Assembly (NCBI GenBank): GCA_013265495.1 | Contig: MU058636.1 | Span: forward strand, 2,170,001 to 2,234,000 | Origin: Vicugna vicugna | Taxonomy: Eukaryota | Length of the DNA: 64,000 nucleotides | Reading direction: 5' to 3' | Shown: piece by piece, positions 60,581-64,000 of the stretch | Numbering within the stretch: position 1 is the first letter of the stretch | Layout of the letters: every line of letters begins with the position of its first letter | Notes under the pieces: model-generated | What the model saw: only the letters and a program-made list of their open reading frames with translations | The model's database searches: none | Told to the model about the DNA's origin: nothing | Position numbers and translations under genes: made by a program

Positions 60581-61820
60581 GAATTATCCAAGAAGAGTAA
60601 AGAAGAAACTAGACAGGCCACATGTTAATGTTGTAGCTGGGTCATGGATATAGAATTTATATATAATTCTTTCTTCTATGTTTAAAATATTTTCTCGATA
60701 AACACATTTTTCTTTCCTAGTCTAAAATTGAAAATGCAAACCATCAGCCCAAAGCCAATTTTAGGATCTGAGCCTAGAAAAAAGTGACACTGGAGAGGAA
60801 AGAGGTACAGTGAATGTTCCCTGGTGACCAGAGCTTTGGTTTCACTGACAGCCATGAGGACCTGTGTCTTTCCCTGCGTTTTCAGCAAAAAGCCCAGTGT
60901 TGGTTGATAAAGAGGTGTGAATAGGTGTAAAGCAATCACAAGGGAAACAACTGATGGTTTGAAAAATACACGTGATTCAAAAAGTACTGCTGTGTACAGA
61001 AGTAACATGGATGAGCAGAAACAAGATCAAGAAGGAAAAATAAGAAAGAAAATAGGAAAATTCTGTAAAAGAAGAATCAAGGAAGAAATTCTGTCTATAA
61101 TGGAGAGGAGGGAAATGCACAAGCTTTGAAAATCATTTTTCTTCTCCATCGTGTTTATTTCGAAATTGTGGCGGGTGATCATTAACTAAAGAAAATGAAA
61201 TTTGGGGTGAAAGGATAGAAACCCACGCTTAATCATCTCATGGAATTAAGACTTTAAAAGCTATGTGTTAAAAAAAAAAAAGGATTTGTTGGCAAGCATC
61301 CTAGGAAATTTTAGGAACAGAAAGACAATGCTGCAAGACCATTGGCCATTTTTTTCTAGAACGTGTAAAGTAGAGAAGTTCCAATGGTTGGAAAAAGAGA
61401 GATTTCAGAACACTGGGGAAAATAAAACATAGACTCATAAAATACTAGTGTACAAACAAACCTCATGGATGATCTAGTCCAACCACCTGATTTTATTTTA
61501 AAGAAACAGGCAGAGAGATGATACGCTTTGCTCACAGTGAGCCTGAGTCAGAAGGACCTGCTTGGCTGATAGCTGAGACTCCCCCACCCCCGCAGCCCCC
61601 CAGCCCTTCTGGTCTCTTCGTATTAAGCCTATTAGACATAAAAAGAGAGCTGGTTCCTAAAGACCCGTTGCTTCATCCACCAAGTCAGCATGAGATGATC
61701 TGACAAATCAGTGGAAGGAAGGAAAGTAGGAAGGATTTGCCCACAGGTCAGGTCAGATCTCAGTCAGGTCAAGATCACCCACTTTGGGCAGAAGGTCACC
61801 TGCACTCAGACAGCAGCCTA

Positions 61821-61925
61821 GGGGGTGTGGGTATAGCTCAGTGGTAGAGTACCATGCTTAGTATGTACCAAGTCCTGGGCTCAAGTCCCAGTTTCTTCAT
61901 TTAAAAAAGAAAAGAAAGCAAAATA
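61821..61925 (+). mobile_element. tRNA-Ala-derived SINE (diverged)
   Basis: GGGTATAGCTCAGTGGTAGAGT...GTCCTGGGCTCAAGTCCCAG plus A tail. Confidence 0.85.
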
Positions 61926-63494
61926 AAGCAGAGAGCAAAGAGCTTCTATGGATATAGAGGGGACGTGTGCGGCTTCTCGGGCCAGCCCACCCCGGGCTCT
62001 CTGCCTCTTACTGGATATATTACCTGGAGCAAAACCACTTAACCTCTAGCTCAAGATGTGTTCCTCACTCTGCATAGCAGAGGTGATGACATAATAATAG
62101 GTTGCTGTGCAGATTCAAAGAGAAGTCTAGAAAATCATTTATAATAGTGTCTGGACCAAAATAAACACTGAGTTAGTGTCAGCTAAGGTTACAGTAGTGA
62201 TTTTTGTTTGGCATGACCCCCTGCATGCTCCCTCACTAACTTTCTTTCACCTAATCCCATGGCCCACCACAGTGTCTGCACTTACTAGCCTGGTCCCTAA
62301 AGGGTAGACCCACTTCCCTTTACCCTAGAGCATCCTTTGAGATGCTGCCTCCTGCCTGACTTCACGTGTCCTAGGATGCCGAGAGCCTCCAGTAGCCACC
62401 CTCATCTTCTAGACCAGAAGGCCTGTCCACTGACACCTCACCCTAAGAAGCTGCTGGGCATCATGGCCATCCCTGCAAGGACCAGCTAAGATGATCACAT
62501 TTCATTGTTCCCTTTCCTCTCCATCCTGCCTGGTCCAGCTGCCCATCCCCTCTCTCCATGGGCCTCTGCTACTGAAGTTCCAGCATCAAACCCTAAGCTT
62601 TTGTAAGAAAACTCTGCCCCTTTAATAAGCAAAACCTTTGACCCACCGAGGTTGGCAGGGGCACCTTGGTGAGGGTCCCCCCATCCTCCTCTTAACCCAA
62701 AATCTCCTTTCCTGAGTTTCCCACTCATCCCACCACGGAGCTGGTGTTTGGGGGCCCAGGGCTGCCCCGCAGCATTCCACAAGCGTGGATAAAAGCTTCC
62801 TTTACCTGCCATCAGTAGAGCTGAAACCGGCCGTGACTGTTATCAGGACCCCAAGAAAGGCTCAGATAGGAGAACAGTGGATGCGGCCCTCTCCGCCCAC
62901 CAGATGTTCTCCTCTGGTCCCCATTCAATCATCCCAATGATCTGGCTGACCAGGAAGAAGGCATAGGTAAAGACCTTTAAAAGAAACCAAAACACTGCTG
63001 TCCTGCCTGGACCTCCTGTGGCCACCATTCCTTCTGTCTGGCTGGGCAAGCTGCAGCTTGCTTTGACCTTTGCTTATTCTTGCACTTAAAATGCTCCCAC
63101 TTTAAAAATAGTGGAGGAAGAGGAAGAATGCCTAGAACTTGGTAGGCATACTCACCATTCCTGAATGGCAACAGGAAGTCTGCTATACCCTGGCCCCAAG
63201 ACGCACATTTCAAATGACCCCCTAGTGGGTCCATGTCACCCTTGGTTGGTAAGTGGAGGCCAGAGTGTGTTTTTGGTTATGAATATCCTATTATAGTTTA
63301 TAGAATTAAAGATAGAAAGGGATGCCATTTCAATGCTCTTGAGGAAACATCCCTGGGACACTAAAAGTGAGACGGGTATGTGTGTCCTGCCATCAGAGGG
63401 AAGAAGAATGCAAACAGAACAAGCTTTAGAAGCAAAACACAAAGACAGGGGCTTGATATGAAGAGACTCCTTGGCTGGTTTAAAAAGTCAACCT

Positions 63495-63930
63495 TGACTA
63501 AGTGAAAGAAGCCAATCTGAAAAGGCTACATACTGTATGGCTCCAACGGCATGACATTCTGGAAGAGGCAAGACTACGGAGACAGTAAAGATATCAGTGG
63601 TTGCCAGGTGCTGGGGGAGGGACAAATGAGTAGCGGAGAACAGAGGATTGTAGGGGCAGTGAAACCACAATGACGGCTACATGTCATTATCCATTTGTCC
63701 AAACCCACAGAATGTATGACACCAAGAATGGACCCTAATGTAAACTATGGACTTGGGGGGATCGTGTGTCAATGCAGGTTTACCAGCTGTAAGAAATGCA
63801 CCACTTTGGTAGGGGCTGTTGACAGTAGGAGTGGCTGCGGGCTGGGGGTGCCCGGGGGTAATGGGAACTCTATCATTTCCACTCAACTTCGCCGTGAATC
63901 CAAAACTGCTCTAAAAAAAAAAAAAAGCCT
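63495..63930 (+). mobile_element. L1MC-like 3'UTR
   Basis: ctaagtgaaagaagccaatctgaaaaggctacatactgtatg...gaccctaatgtaaactatggactt...aaaactgctctaaaaaaa. Confidence 0.8.
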
Positions 63931-64000
63931 ATTAAAAATTTTTAAGCCTATTTTAAAAAAGTGAACTTTCATCCTCTTGATTCACCAGTTTGTGGGTATT

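Noticed and set aside
55100..64000. A second gene or divergent coding transcript upstream of FLT1
   Set aside because: No recognisable exons or protein similarity; a divergent lncRNA cannot be excluded from sequence alone.

Overview
Mammalian genomic DNA containing the promoter and first six exons of FLT1 (VEGFR1) on the minus strand. Exons 1-6 have canonical GT-AG boundaries and coding lengths of 64/97/227/125/163/137 nt. They splice into an open 271-codon frame encoding the signal peptide, Ig domain 1, the ligand-binding Ig domain 2 and the start of domain 3; the gene continues past position 1. A CpG island (~52.65-54.76 kb) carries the CRE-ETS-TATA core promoter, with the TSS near 54046. 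The rest is intronic or upstream DNA with retroelements: ten tRNA-Ala(AGC)-derived SINEs (their structure points to a camelid), L1 fragments, MaLR and ERV1 LTRs, MIR, L2 and MER DNA-transposon relics. I see no evidence for a new gene or multi-gene system, and most of the ORF track is noise. The most interesting signals are apparent lineage-specific changes to a well-known gene: the FLT1 hypoxia-response element core reads AGGTG instead of ACGTG, the EGR1 site has a mismatch, N-glycosylation sequons around domain 2 differ, and the 5'UTR has a GGC tract. There is also a perfect DR1 in intron 1 and several unusual retroposition events. All human comparisons are from memory and need alignment.
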